IMG/VR virus record: IMGVR_UViG_3300044988_000363
Strand: one strand, 5' to 3'
Length of the DNA stretch: 64,000 bases
DNA from: a virus
Under the pieces are notes generated by a model that had not been told where the DNA came from, did not search any database, and saw nothing but the letters and a program-made list of their open reading frames with translations. This document shows positions 19,766 through 30,537 of the stretch, one piece after another; the first letter of the stretch is position 1; each line of letters opens with the position of its first letter. A program made the position numbers and the translations under genes.

Positions 19766-21663
19766 TATTCTTTAGCTTCGATTATGGTTATAGATACATC
19801 TTCAGGTACTATTTTAATAATATTATTTAAGCCAGCAAAAATATCTACATCTTCATTGCGAAGATAAATTGCAATTTCACCACTGTAAGAAGAAATGGTT
19901 ATATCGTTCAAAGTAAACGATCCATCACTATATTTAATTTTACCAACTTCAACAATAGGTGTGATGACTCCATTTACTGGAGCATAAACTTTAATAATTG
20001 CTTTACCAATATCATCGCCAGTTTCTTCTGCTTGTCCATCGTCAGCAAAATATGCATCGGTATATTCAACACCATTATATACGTATGTGAATTTTGAAGA
20101 AATTAATGAAGCATGATCGTAATGAGTTTGATAACTAGACAAATAAAGTTCAGCGTGCGGTATTAATACTCCATTTTCATAAACTTTTTTAGTTGGAGTC
20201 TCATACATAATAACATTTTTTGTGGCTATGCTATATGTGGTAGGCCAATTTAATAAAGGAGCAATTTTTTTAATTAATCTCAAATGTGTTTGGTTACTTA
20301 CCACACTAGTGTCAGAATCATCAATTTCTGTAGCTAATCGACTGAATCTTAAATCTTTATTAAATAATTCCAAGTGATCTGAACTATATTGAAGTATAGA
20401 GTTCAAAACTTCTGTATTAATTTCAGAAACAGATTTACTTGTAGTATATATGTTATATTGAACGACTGTATCAAGCTTGACATATATGTATTCTGGGTCA
20501 GTTAAATCTAATCTGTTAGGAAGAGCAACATATCTTAAAAGGAAGTTAATGATTCTATTTTTCAAATAGTCAGGAGCAATAGTTCCAATAACTGGCTTTA
20601 AACAAACAATAACTCTACCATATCTTTTAGGTTCAACTTCTTGACCACCAAATATGGCAACGTCTTGAATTTCTCCGCCGAAATTGTTTTTAACAAGAGC
20701 AGCATAATCGTCTGAAGAAACTGCTCTTTGCTGAGTAGCAAAATATCTTGGAGCGGCGAATCTTACCGATTCGATTGATTCTTGTGCAGAACCACCAACA
20801 GAGGGAGAAACTGTTGTGATAGAAGAGGGTGAAGCGACACCGTTATTAAATGGTCCAATATCGTCATCTAGTGTAAATTCTTCAACGCCGTTACCAAGAT
20901 AACCATTGGTAACAATATATTTTACAAGAATGGTAGACCCATTCTTAGGCTTTCTACCAAAATAACCGTCACCAAAAACAACTTCATATTTGTTGCTATC
21001 AGAACCTTGAACGAAAAACACTTCTGATTTATTGTCAAGTTCAAATAAGGTTTCAGAACGTGTAAATTCTGTGTTTGTAGAACCGTTATCTTCAACTACA
21101 TATACTTCTAAACTTGTAGTGTCAATATTTTGATTAGAAAGAACAAATAATTGATTTTCAATATCATAATTCATTACAAATGAATCTTGGAAATATATAC
21201 CTTCGTTAATTTGAAGGTTATCTATTGTAAATATATTATTAGTTGAGGTGACTGTAATTCTAGAGTCTGTTACGAAATTGAATGAACCATTGGAGTTTGA
21301 CCCTGAGAATCTAGTGCCCTTTGGAATGGTAAGATTTCCCAAAATACCAGTTGTTTCAACTGTGAATGAAACATTAGCAACAGAACAATGGGCGCTTCTT
21401 GGGGTATAATTTAACTCTTTTGAATGAGACACAATCGAATCGTATTTCTGAGCTGAATCAAGAAACATCTCAGAAGCAACCATATTGAGATAAAACGAAT
21501 TCAAATATGAATTATATGCCATAACGTCTAATAGAACGTTAATATTTGAGCCGTCGTAGTTGTAATCTTTGAGAACAGACTGAGTTTTTAGGAACTCTTT
21601 GAAATTCTCTTTAAGAGTATCAAAATCTAAAGAACTAAGTGTTAGTGAGCTATTTGCTGCCAT
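19765..21663 (-). CDS. gp6: Baseplate wedge subunit gp6
   Basis: LDFDTLKENFKEFL...DYNYDGS...EMFLDSA; ESIESVRFAAPRYFATQQRAVSSDDY. Confidence 0.92.
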   Translation of the reverse strand: MAANSSLTLSSLDFDTLKENFKEFLKTQSVLKDYNYDGSNINVLLDVMAYNSYLNSFYLNMVASEMFLDSAQKYDSIVSHSKELNYTPRSAHCSVANVSFTVETTGILGNLTIPKGTRFSGSNSNGSFNFVTDSRITVTSTNNIFTIDNLQINEGIYFQDSFVMNYDIENQLFVLSNQNIDTTSLEVYVVEDNGSTNTEFTRSETLFELDNKSEVFFVQGSDSNKYEVVFGDGYFGRKPKNGSTILVKYIVTNGYLGNGVEEFTLDDDIGPFNNGVASPSSITTVSPSVGGSAQESIESVRFAAPRYFATQQRAVSSDDYAALVKNNFGGEIQDVAIFGGQEVEPKRYGRVIVCLKPVIGTIAPDYLKNRIINFLLRYVALPNRLDLTDPEYIYVKLDTVVQYNIYTTSKSVSEINTEVLNSILQYSSDHLELFNKDLRFSRLATEIDDSDTSVVSNQTHLRLIKKIAPLLNWPTTYSIATKNVIMYETPTKKVYENGVLIPHAELYLSSYQTHYDHASLISSKFTYVYNGVEYTDAYFADDGQAEETGDDIGKAIIKVYAPVNGVITPIVEVGKIKYSDGSFTLNDITISSYSGEIAIYLRNEDVDIFAGLNNIIKIVPEDVSITIIEAKE

Positions 21664-22089
21664 TTATCGGACTCGTTTCAATAGGACAGTAAGAGTAATA
21701 GGTTCTGGATTATTTATTAAAGTATAATAGATACTTATTTCTAAAGAGTTTTCGTTTGGCTGAATTTTAACTTCAACACCCAAAAGGTTTGCTCTTGGTT
21801 CATTGTTCTCTATAGTATTTTTTATAAAAAGTTCCAGAAGAGAAATATCTTCAGGATACTGATTCTCAAAAAGCATAGAATACACATCTGAGCCTACCAT
21901 TGGCTGAAAAGGTCTCTCGCCAAGATTTGTTTTTATAAGATTTTTTAACGATTGATTGACTGCTTGCTCGTTAGTAACTCTACCAAGTTGATTACCAAAT
22001 GGAGTGATGTCAAAACCTGTCAAAAAATCCGAAAAATATTCTTTTTGTTTTGATGTGCCTGTTAAAGCGTCTGCTCTTGTTGTTGCCAT
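21664..22089 (-). CDS. gp25: Baseplate wedge subunit gp25
   Basis: AVNQSLKNLIKTNLGERPFQP...IENNEPRA. Confidence 0.9.
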   Translation of the reverse strand: MATTRADALTGTSKQKEYFSDFLTGFDITPFGNQLGRVTNEQAVNQSLKNLIKTNLGERPFQPMVGSDVYSMLFENQYPEDISLLELFIKNTIENNEPRANLLGVEVKIQPNENSLEISIYYTLINNPEPITLTVLLKRVR

Positions 22090-22377
22090 TTATCCTACTT
22101 CTACTAAACTGCTTCCAGAAGAAGCTTTGGGATTACAATGTTCTCCGCCAGCTGTTGGACATAAATTGTCCTGATTAGCACTATCATTAACCACTATTAT
22201 TTTTTTACCAGCAATTGTAATATACGATTTAGAAGCTATTAAACCGCCAGCACCATGTGTATTTTGATCGTTTTCAACAGCCCATAATTTTCCTTCGATG
22301 GTAACAAAATTCTGACCACTAACAACTGTAGTAGCTCCACAAGATCTTTGATCGCTGTGTCTATGTGCTTGGCTCAT
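22090..22377 (-). CDS. PAAR-like spike tip protein (gp5.4-like)
   Basis: 95 aa with H/C metal ligands and three D-xxx repeats; lies between the gp5 C-terminal part and gp25. Confidence 0.75.
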   Translation of the reverse strand: MSQAHRHSDQRSCGATTVVSGQNFVTIEGKLWAVENDQNTHGAGGLIASKSYITIAGKKIIVVNDSANQDNLCPTAGGEHCNPKASSGSSLVEVG

Positions 22378-22384
22378 TTACTAT

Positions 22385-23209
22385 TTAACCTTGTTCAAAT
22401 TTAATCTGGGAAGATTTAATAGTAATCGAACCGCTTTCTATCACTATACTGGAACCACCAACTTTTAATGTAATTTTTGATTGTGATTCGACAGTAATAT
22501 CAGATTGTGCTTTTCCTATAATCTTAGCTGCAGAATTAATAGTAGCATCAGATCCTGTTTGGATCATCATGGTACTACCAGTTTCTATTTTGCCCTTTTG
22601 TTTTATGTGAATATCATGGTTAGAACCTGCATATAAAGAAACGTCTTTCTGAAATACTTCGATTTTGTTTTTCTCACCCATAGAAACATATTCGCCTTCA
22701 GTTGCCATAAAGCGATCTTTTTTACATCTATCTCTAAGAGTTCCAGAGCTTACTTTACAAGTTACGGAATCAGAGGCTTTCTGGGTCGACTTATATTGTG
22801 CGCCTCCAGACATTTTGATTTCTTCTTTTTGTGTACCTCTGTAATATTTTCCACCAGTTGCTTGACCAAAATCTTTTCCGTATTCAATTCTACCAGTTTT
22901 TTCACCATTATGATCGTAATGACCATCAACTTGACTAGCATGCCCGCCAGCAGTATATCCTCTATATTCACCAGATTTTAGATTTGTGTGTATTTCTTTT
23001 TTATCAGAATCGTGCTGTGTGGTATGATAGCTTCCACTAGGCAATAATTCTTCAGAATAAGATTTTTCGTTTTCGTCAGGATAACGATATTTGAAATGAT
23101 GACCACCTAATGCATCCCATTCTCCGTGAATGTATCCATATTTTGGAACAATATCGCCCTCATCAACTCCGGACTTTGGTAATTTTTTATTGTCTTTATC
23201 ATTAGCCAT
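22385..23209 (-). CDS. Baseplate spike, gp5 C-terminal beta-helix part
   Basis: PKYGYIH...GGHHF...PSGSY motifs and beta-helix repeats ending ITLKVGGSSIVIESGSITIKSSQIKF. Confidence 0.65.
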   Translation of the reverse strand: MANDKDNKKLPKSGVDEGDIVPKYGYIHGEWDALGGHHFKYRYPDENEKSYSEELLPSGSYHTTQHDSDKKEIHTNLKSGEYRGYTAGGHASQVDGHYDHNGEKTGRIEYGKDFGQATGGKYYRGTQKEEIKMSGGAQYKSTQKASDSVTCKVSSGTLRDRCKKDRFMATEGEYVSMGEKNKIEVFQKDVSLYAGSNHDIHIKQKGKIETGSTMMIQTGSDATINSAAKIIGKAQSDITVESQSKITLKVGGSSIVIESGSITIKSSQIKFEQG

Positions 23210-24703
23210 TTACGATATTCCCAATAATTTTAACATTGTTTCAATATTTGTCAATCCTGTTTCTGAAATATTTCCTCCGGAATAACTGCCACCGCCAGAA
23301 GCTTGTGGGAATCCTGAACCAGCCCCACCGCCACCGCCATTGGAACCGCCACCAAAACCACCGAAACTGCCTAACAGACTTCCACCACCAAGATTTCCTA
23401 GGATACCACCAATACCTCCTCCACCAATTCCAAACCCTCCCATGATATTCGATAAGCCTCCCATGTTTCCAAGAGATCCTAAAGCTCCGCCCAAACCACC
23501 GCCCATTGCCATATTTCCTAGTTCAAAGAGCTGATTGTTGAACGACATATCTTTTGTATACTGTTGCAAAGCTTTATTAATCTCGCCTTGGTTCAATACA
23601 GATTTTGGTAATTGTTCAGATTGTAACATTTGCAATAATTGCTGTAATTGGCCACCCATCATACCAGCCATATTATTTCCTCCGTTGTTGCCGGAGTTAC
23701 CACCAGAATTATTTCCCATGTTGTTGTTTAATGTATCTTGCTCTATTAAGTTTGATCTTTTTATCAACAATTCATTAAATATTGCAATTGTCAAAATAGG
23801 TTGCGGTCCAATTTCCAAATTAGGTTGTGGTGTTTGTAATTTCACATATTGATCTAGATCTTCTGCCAATCCCAATTCTGAATTTGAGTATATTTCTTGA
23901 CTTGATGAAGAAAAGTGATAAGAATTTTCTTCCTTTTTTGTCCAAACCTTATCCGTAGAAGCTGGAGATCTCCATTCATAGTATCCAGGATACGGGTCTG
24001 TTGCTAAAGTGTAGTATTGTTTTTGGTAAAAATCAGGAACAGCAGCTGGATCTACCAAAGGATCGGGCACATCAACTCCAAATACAACTGTTTCGTATAC
24101 TGACACAGGAATATCTTCTGGTCCATAATATAGACAAACTTTTATCAAGTTTGCCATAGCATTCTCAACAATTTTTCTATATCTAATATCAACTAGATTT
24201 ATTCTGTTTTCTGAGAGTAACTCAACAAAAACTTGTATTACTCTTTCAAATCCATATTTTCTAACCAAAATAGCCAAAGCACCAGTAAAAGAATCTTCTA
24301 ATACTGAAGAAATACCAGAAGGTAATACTGGTATTTGATTTAAACCAGTTTGCCCACCAGCACCACCACCTCCAAAACCACTACCCATAGACAATATACT
24401 AGTCATTTGCATCAATTGTTGATACATTTGTGGTATGACTTGTGCTTTACCTTGAGGATCAATTTGTTTTACTAATTGCGGTAAATCTGTGATACCTTTA
24501 TCACCAGAAGCAGTTGTTGGTTTGTCTGCATTAGGAGCAAATTTATCTCTGACATCAGAAAGTTCTTTTGAATCGTCTGGCTTAACTGCTGGCGCATCAG
24601 CATATTTTACCGAAGCATCAATTTTTGGTTTTTTACCACCAATAGTTTGATTGTTCGGACTTACTCTCTTTTTATTTTTTTCAAAAGCTGGTTTAGGCGC
24701 CAT
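23210..24703 (-). CDS. Hypothetical baseplate-region protein with Gly-rich C-terminus
   Basis: 497-aa ORF tightly packed between the two gp5-like parts. Confidence 0.55.
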   Translation of the reverse strand: MAPKPAFEKNKKRVSPNNQTIGGKKPKIDASVKYADAPAVKPDDSKELSDVRDKFAPNADKPTTASGDKGITDLPQLVKQIDPQGKAQVIPQMYQQLMQMTSILSMGSGFGGGGAGGQTGLNQIPVLPSGISSVLEDSFTGALAILVRKYGFERVIQVFVELLSENRINLVDIRYRKIVENAMANLIKVCLYYGPEDIPVSVYETVVFGVDVPDPLVDPAAVPDFYQKQYYTLATDPYPGYYEWRSPASTDKVWTKKEENSYHFSSSSQEIYSNSELGLAEDLDQYVKLQTPQPNLEIGPQPILTIAIFNELLIKRSNLIEQDTLNNNMGNNSGGNSGNNGGNNMAGMMGGQLQQLLQMLQSEQLPKSVLNQGEINKALQQYTKDMSFNNQLFELGNMAMGGGLGGALGSLGNMGGLSNIMGGFGIGGGGIGGILGNLGGGSLLGSFGGFGGGSNGGGGGAGSGFPQASGGGSYSGGNISETGLTNIETMLKLLGIS

Positions 24704-25116
24704 TAATTACTATCCTTTTTAGTCCAAGCTGGATTATCAATGCCTGGTTTTTTAATTTTACCGCCAGAATTTTTCTTAGCATCATCAGTATTTGTTCCTA
24801 CACCGCCATTACTATCTTCATGTCCTTCTGGCATATCACCTCTTGCCAATGATCCTATAACAATAGGATATTGTTTAGCATGATCTTCTTCAGAATATAT
24901 AATCAAAACTCTAGAACCAACCACTAGACCTGAAGGAGATATTCCTATTCTCGACGTTGCTGGCGAAGTGACTGGATGAAGCACCATGGCCCATGGCAAC
25001 TCATCATCCTTTACTTGTTGTTCGTCGTTATGTTTATTGTATATTCTAACTTTCACACGTCCTGATTTAGTAGGATCGTCTTCAAAGTTTCTGACTTCTG
25101 CTATATGAAATGTCAT
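24703..25116 (-). CDS. gp5 N-terminal OB-fold domain (stand-alone)
   Basis: DDPTKSGRVKVRI...LPWAMVLHPVTS...GSRV...QYPIVIGSL. Confidence 0.85.
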   Translation of the reverse strand: MTFHIAEVRNFEDDPTKSGRVKVRIYNKHNDEQQVKDDELPWAMVLHPVTSPATSRIGISPSGLVVGSRVLIIYSEEDHAKQYPIVIGSLARGDMPEGHEDSNGGVGTNTDDAKKNSGGKIKKPGIDNPAWTKKDSN

Positions 25117-26375
25117 GCTTGACCTCCTCCACCTTCTTTATAAGAAGCCTTTACAACTCTAACTACCATAGTGCAATGAGGTGGTTCAGCTGCTATTCTA
25201 TATTTTGTTCTAATAGCAACAACCAAAAACTTACCATTCATTTGTTTTTCGCCACCTTCCCAATCACTGTTTGCTTTTGTGGGAATATCAAGCTCTATCA
25301 TTTCTCCTAATTTGATATCAGGGTTATAATAAGTTTCAAACTCTGCAGAATTTTGGGCCAGATGAGATAAAAAAGCTGCTCGTTTAGTCATAGCTGAAGC
25401 AGTTTCATGTTTTTCTTTATTGTTTGCCTTATCATGCACATAATGAGTTGGTACGCCTTTATCAACATATGAAGGCGAACTGTTATAAACTGGATCTCTA
25501 TCTGCAAATTTAAATTTGTTATTGCTTTTTGGTTGGTTTACAGCCACAACTTTATGCGTAGTATAATCAAAAGTATATTCTGAAGATTTATCTAACGCTC
25601 TTGGACCACTATCAAAAGACTTTGATGGTTTGAACCACATAACAGAATTTTGTCTTTCTTGTCTATTATTGAGTTCAAAATTCAAATTAGTGGTTTGTTT
25701 TAATTTTACTTTTGAAGAGCCTTCAAATAGTTCTTCGAAAGTTTTAAAGTGATACTCATATTCACCACCAGATTGACCTGATTTCTGAAATAACACAAAA
25801 CAAGAGGATTCATATTTGTCCGAAACATGCTCAGTGCTTATTTGTTTATAAGCATCTAGAGGATGAGACTTAGGAATTATCAATCTTCTTTTTTTGGTCT
25901 TACCAGCATTGAATTGTTTTTTAGATTTGAATCCCTTTTCAACTATATGTTTTACTGCTTCAGAAGTTTCTTGATTGAAACTTTTTTCAACATAGTTACC
26001 TTGAGCGTTTAAAAACTCTGGCGAAACGCATCTAATGTCATATTGTTTGTGATGTCCAGAACCAACGTTATTCAAAGATTGATCGTTCAAATCTTTGTTG
26101 TGAAACATTTTCATCTTTAATTTATGTCCGCCACCAATTCCTGCTATAGAATTGTCGCCAGAAAAATTTATCTCAACATCCTGGTCGTATGAACCATTTA
26201 ATTTTGTTTTGCCCAATTGATCTGTTGGATCGAGAACTCTTATTTCAGCTAATGGTCCATAAGGATTTAGAATATCTTCATAAATGTTGAAACCAACGAG
26301 AGAAACCTTTCCCCCTTGGATCAAATCCATTTGTCCAACCTTCAATGAAGAAATTTTAATATCACCAATAGCCAT
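25113..26375 (-). CDS. Baseplate hub protein (gp27-like)
   Basis: FNIYEDILNP N-terminus, GKFLVVAIRT C-terminus; position before gp5. Confidence 0.6.
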   Translation of the reverse strand: MAIGDIKISSLKVGQMDLIQGGKVSLVGFNIYEDILNPYGPLAEIRVLDPTDQLGKTKLNGSYDQDVEINFSGDNSIAGIGGGHKLKMKMFHNKDLNDQSLNNVGSGHHKQYDIRCVSPEFLNAQGNYVEKSFNQETSEAVKHIVEKGFKSKKQFNAGKTKKRRLIIPKSHPLDAYKQISTEHVSDKYESSCFVLFQKSGQSGGEYEYHFKTFEELFEGSSKVKLKQTTNLNFELNNRQERQNSVMWFKPSKSFDSGPRALDKSSEYTFDYTTHKVVAVNQPKSNNKFKFADRDPVYNSSPSYVDKGVPTHYVHDKANNKEKHETASAMTKRAAFLSHLAQNSAEFETYYNPDIKLGEMIELDIPTKANSDWEGGEKQMNGKFLVVAIRTKYRIAAEPPHCTMVVRVVKASYKEGGGGQA

Positions 26376-26376
26376 A

Positions 26377-27252
26377 TTATTCTCTCATCAAATCTTTTAG
26401 ATTATTGACCATGGTTTGTTTGAGGCTACTATCGATAACTCTTACAGATTTATTGAACTCATTTTTTTCATTTTCATGTTCCAAATAAGTAACCGGAGTC
26501 CAATAAGAATATTCTTCTTCTGATAGATTATTAGCGACAGAAGTAACAGAAGTGAAAACTGTATTCACTGTGCTTTCTCTTCCGTATATATAACTATTTT
26601 CTTTAATTACTACTGTGGCACTTGTGAAAAATGATCCGCTGACATGTTGAACATTTATCATATTGTTTGCAATTGATGCTATTTGTCCTGAGCCAGAATT
26701 AATTTCATCAAATACAATATCAACTATTTCGTCCACAATAAAGTTTGTGTTTGACACCTGATAGGAAACCATTTTATTTGTTACTATTTTCCAATCAACC
26801 TGTTTTCTCTTATACCCAATAATTTTGTTATTTGGTCCAAAATTTGGTTCCCAATAGTTTTTTAAGGTTTTGGGTAATGAGTTCCAGACTTCTACGTTAA
26901 TGTCCTCTACATTTGGCCAATCGTTTCTGTAAAACATAATTTTATCAGTAGCATTAACATATGAACCGTATTTTTTGGTGATATACTCTTGGAATTCTTC
27001 TGTGTGAAGATACCATTCGTAATATGGATCAACTATTTTATTGCCTAGATACAATATCCAACTTTTAAATGGATCTTGATAATAACGGTAACTTAGTTGA
27101 TCCGCTCTTTCGTTGGAAGTAATTTCATAAGGATAAAAAGCAAAAGGATCTGTTGAAACTTTTTCTAACAAAGCAACACGCTTTGTAATATCTACGGCAT
27201 TATTATTGCCGTAATTGATAATTGGGTGTTTGTCGAAATATCTATCTACCAT
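26377..27252 (-). CDS. gp53: Baseplate wedge gp53
   Basis: YFDKHPIINY...ERADQLSYRYY...WILYLGNKIVDPYYEW...YLEHENEKNE. Confidence 0.85.
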   Translation of the reverse strand: MVDRYFDKHPIINYGNNNAVDITKRVALLEKVSTDPFAFYPYEITSNERADQLSYRYYQDPFKSWILYLGNKIVDPYYEWYLHTEEFQEYITKKYGSYVNATDKIMFYRNDWPNVEDINVEVWNSLPKTLKNYWEPNFGPNNKIIGYKRKQVDWKIVTNKMVSYQVSNTNFIVDEIVDIVFDEINSGSGQIASIANNMINVQHVSGSFFTSATVVIKENSYIYGRESTVNTVFTSVTSVANNLSEEEYSYWTPVTYLEHENEKNEFNKSVRVIDSSLKQTMVNNLKDLMRE

Positions 27253-27255
27253 GTC

Positions 27256-28020
27256 TTACTCTACGTATGTGTCTTTTTTCTGCAATTGAAGTTCTTTTAA
27301 TTGCATAGTAAGAGTTACAATTGTTGGTGCGCCACTTTTGAAAAACGATGGTCCTGCGCCTGTATAGTCCACCTGAACACCTAGAATAGCACAAGGCTTT
27401 AGTTTGAACAAATAATCATCTGGTCTAAATCTGACCATGGCAATATCTGGATATTTCATTAATCCGCCACCAAGAGAACCAGTTGAAGGCAAAGCAGATT
27501 TTTTGCATTTGTTGATAATATCCTTCAAATTATCAGAATCTTCTCTTGTATTCGGAGCTAATATCCAACTAAAAGTATATTCTTTGAAATTTGGTCTTTT
27601 GAACATCATAAACTGGAATGGATTTACAGATTGTCCAGTAAAAGTTCCAGCCATATCAACACCAGCTGTCAAGCCAGTCATAACACCGCCAAGTCCCTGT
27701 GCTACTCTAGCAACTGCACCAGCACCAAATGTGCTAGCTATACCAGCCCCTGCATTTAAAAGCTGTGGTGCTGCTTGTGTTCCTGACCATTCTTCCCAAA
27801 TAATACTTTCATTATCATTAATTCTTCTTGGAATGGGTAATCTAACTCCTCCACCAAAGGAAAGAGCTCCTAAACCAGTTGCAGTGGCATATTCGTAACT
27901 TTGGAAGTTTATTTCGGTATAGTATTCTCTACCATTTGTGATGAGATCCGAAGGGAAGGTCATGCCCGCCCCGCTTCCGATATTTCTTCCCGGTGGTTGT
28001 GGAAAATTAGGTACTGCCAT
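27256..28020 (-). CDS. gp48: Baseplate tail-tube cap gp48-like
   Basis: VNPFQFMMFKRPNFKEYTFSWILAP...VDYT...LTMQLKEL. Confidence 0.75.
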   Translation of the reverse strand: MAVPNFPQPPGRNIGSGAGMTFPSDLITNGREYYTEINFQSYEYATATGLGALSFGGGVRLPIPRRINDNESIIWEEWSGTQAAPQLLNAGAGIASTFGAGAVARVAQGLGGVMTGLTAGVDMAGTFTGQSVNPFQFMMFKRPNFKEYTFSWILAPNTREDSDNLKDIINKCKKSALPSTGSLGGGLMKYPDIAMVRFRPDDYLFKLKPCAILGVQVDYTGAGPSFFKSGAPTIVTLTMQLKELQLQKKDTYVE

Positions 28021-28039
28021 GATTCCCTTTTATTATTTG

Positions 28040-28060
28040 AATAAATATAGTTTATTTATT
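28040..28060. promoter_or_regulatory. Pair of oppositely oriented late promoters (AATAAATA on each strand)
   Basis: AATAAATA at 28040-28047 (+) and 28053-28060 (-) between divergent late operons. Confidence 0.6.
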
Positions 28061-28073
28061 AGTGATATAGAAC

Positions 28074-28529
28074 ATGGCTAAGTATCAAGGTTATTTTAAA
28101 CCAAGGAATCCTCAAAAATACAAAGGCGATCCAACCAACATTATTTATCGTTCTCGATGGGAATTATTAGTAATGAGTCGATTTGATATTGACCCTAACA
28201 TAATATGGTGGTCTTCAGAGGAGACTATAATACCATATAGATCGCCAGTTGATAATAGAATACATCGCTATTATGTGGATTTTACTGCAAAAATGAATAA
28301 GCCTGGAGGCGGGACTAGAACTGTGCTCATAGAGGTAAAACCCTTCAAGCAAACGCAGCCGCCAACTATTACTGAAAGCAAAAAGAAAAGTCGAAAATAT
28401 GTTAATGAAGTTATGACTTGGGGTGTAAATTCAGCCAAATGGAAAGCTGCTCGTGAATACTGCAAAGATAGAGGATTTGAATTCATAATAATGACAGAAA
28501 ACGAACTAGGATTACCGAAAGGTTATTAA
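28074..28529 (+). CDS. gp4: Head completion nuclease gp4
   Basis: KYKGDPTNIIYRSRWE...WSSEE..IPYRSPVDNRIHRYYVDF...IEVKP...NSAKWKAA. Confidence 0.92.
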   Translation: MAKYQGYFKPRNPQKYKGDPTNIIYRSRWELLVMSRFDIDPNIIWWSSEETIIPYRSPVDNRIHRYYVDFTAKMNKPGGGTRTVLIEVKPFKQTQPPTITESKKKSRKYVNEVMTWGVNSAKWKAAREYCKDRGFEFIIMTENELGLPKGY

Positions 28530-29104
28530 TGCCAAATACGTTCAATGACCTTCTAAGAGCCTCTGCCCGAGCTTTAGCTGACAAATCTCTTTCAGCTGAG
28601 GATTGGTTCAATGATTCTGTCGAAGATTTAAAATCAAATAAGACCAAAGCAGAACCAAACAAATATTTTAAAAAGATGTCATTGCCTCAAATTGGAGGAA
28701 TGTACCTTTATTTGTATGATCCAAAATACAAAGCCACCCTTCCTTTTTACGATATGTATCCATTAACTATGCCCGTTGAGATGTATATAGACGGATTTTT
28801 GGGTATCAACCTACATTATCTTCCGGCATTGGCCAGAGTCAGGTTATTAAACTCTTTAGTAGAATTTACTGACGAAAATAAATATAAAATGAATAAAAGG
28901 CTTAGTTTGTCTTATGAAATTTTAAGAGGTTATTCAAACGTCTTTAAAGGCGTTGATGGGTGTATAAAGAGATATCTTTATAGTCATGTTAGAAGTTCGT
29001 TTCATGAAGTTGACCCGTCTAATTGGGAAAAGGCTGCTGTGTTGCCAATTCATAGATGGAAAATAAACTCAAATAAAAGATATGCTGGTTCACCACCTTA
29101 CTAG
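28529..29104 (+). CDS. gp2: DNA end protector gp2
   Basis: YDPKYKATLPFYDMYPL...GINLHYLP...CIKRYLYSHVRS. Confidence 0.9.
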   Translation: MPNTFNDLLRASARALADKSLSAEDWFNDSVEDLKSNKTKAEPNKYFKKMSLPQIGGMYLYLYDPKYKATLPFYDMYPLTMPVEMYIDGFLGINLHYLPALARVRLLNSLVEFTDENKYKMNKRLSLSYEILRGYSNVFKGVDGCIKRYLYSHVRSSFHEVDPSNWEKAAVLPIHRWKINSNKRYAGSPPY

Positions 29105-29112
29105 GGACTAAA

Positions 29113-29805
29113 ATGGCTTTTAACATAAACAAGTTTTCAACTAATATAAGAGATTTCGGATACCTAGATAATAATTCTTTTGAGGTATTTGTTCAAACAC
29201 CACCAGTTATGACGCAAAACGGTGGTGCTTTGGGCAATCAGGGCACTCCTGTTTCGTTAAAACAAATATCTGAAAATATGTCTTTCAGAGTTGATCAAGT
29301 CAGAGCTCCTGGTATTTCTCTTATTTCTTCAGACATCAATCATTACGGTATAGGTCCAACTCAAAAGAAACCAACAAACGCCCAATATCAAGAAACTAAT
29401 ATTTCTATGATTGGTGATCATTTTTGCGAATTTTGGCAATATTGGTATCAATGGACTAGATCTATTTTCCAGTATAGTGGAACTTCTACAGGTCAAGCGC
29501 CAACATATACAGCTGAATACAAAGATCAGTATTCATCAACAATAGTAATTGTAATTTACGATCATTATGGAAACTCAATTCAGAAAATTAACTTATTTGA
29601 AGCGTTTCCGAGTGCATTAAGAGAAATACCGCTTTCATGGGGTGATGGTAATTTGATGAGAATTAATGTTTCTTTAGCTTATACTGAATATACAATTGAG
29701 GGTTCATCAATTTTAAGAACCAGATCGCAACCAGGTGGACTATCAACAGCAAAAGAACGAGAAACTATAGGTGTTGGTGTGGGATCATCACAATCAATAT
29801 TTTAA
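29113..29805 (+). CDS. Tail tube initiator / tube-like protein (gp54/gp19 family)
   Basis: Tube-fold pattern (YKDQY...LFEAFPSALREIPLSWG) and gene position. Confidence 0.65.
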   Translation: MAFNINKFSTNIRDFGYLDNNSFEVFVQTPPVMTQNGGALGNQGTPVSLKQISENMSFRVDQVRAPGISLISSDINHYGIGPTQKKPTNAQYQETNISMIGDHFCEFWQYWYQWTRSIFQYSGTSTGQAPTYTAEYKDQYSSTIVIVIYDHYGNSIQKINLFEAFPSALREIPLSWGDGNLMRINVSLAYTEYTIEGSSILRTRSQPGGLSTAKERETIGVGVGSSQSIF

Positions 29806-29823
29806 TCATAATGGAGTTTTAAT

Positions 29824-30537
29824 ATGTCATCATTGCCTAAAATTGATTATCCAGTTTATAGAGTAAATGTTCCTTCCTTGAAAAAGGAATTTCAGTTTAG
29901 ACCTTTCTTAGTTAAAGAAGAAAAACTGTTATTAATGGCTAAAGAAAGTGAACAGGCAACGGATATTCTCTCAGCAATCAAACAAATCATCAATAATTGT
30001 TCTATTGATTCTAAATTTGACATTGATAAGCTGGCGCTCTTTGATCTTGAGTATATTTTTCTCAAATTAAGGTCAATTTCAGTGGATAATATCGTAAAAG
30101 TTTCATACAAAGATTCTGAAGACGATAAAACATACGATTTTGAGATCGATCTCAATAAAATTGAAGTAAATTTTCCTGAAAAAATTATTAATAACATAAA
30201 AATCACCGATAAATCGGGTATTGTTATGAAATATCCTTCTGCAAAACTGTATGACGACAAAGAATTTTTGAGTTTAGAGAAAGATTACATATTTGAGCTC
30301 ATAGTTCGTTGTATCGATTCAATTTATTATGAAGATCAGATCTATAAAGCAAGCGATTATAAAAAACAGGATCTAGTAGACTTTCTAGAAAACCTCAATA
30401 TTAAGGTTTTTGAAGAAATTCAGAAGTTTTTACTTAATATTCCTAAGATCGAATATGTAATTAAGTATGAAAATACAGCAGGGACAAAACGAGAGATCGT
30501 TTTGAATTCGTTAAACGATTTTTTTACATGGCGCTGA
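29824..30537 (+). CDS. gp26: Baseplate hub assembly protein gp26
   Basis: LPKIDYPVY...FRPFLVKEEKLLLMA...FDLEYIFLKLRSISV...LNDFF. Confidence 0.88.
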   Translation: MSSLPKIDYPVYRVNVPSLKKEFQFRPFLVKEEKLLLMAKESEQATDILSAIKQIINNCSIDSKFDIDKLALFDLEYIFLKLRSISVDNIVKVSYKDSEDDKTYDFEIDLNKIEVNFPEKIINNIKITDKSGIVMKYPSAKLYDDKEFLSLEKDYIFELIVRCIDSIYYEDQIYKASDYKKQDLVDFLENLNIKVFEEIQKFLLNIPKIEYVIKYENTAGTKREIVLNSLNDFFTWR

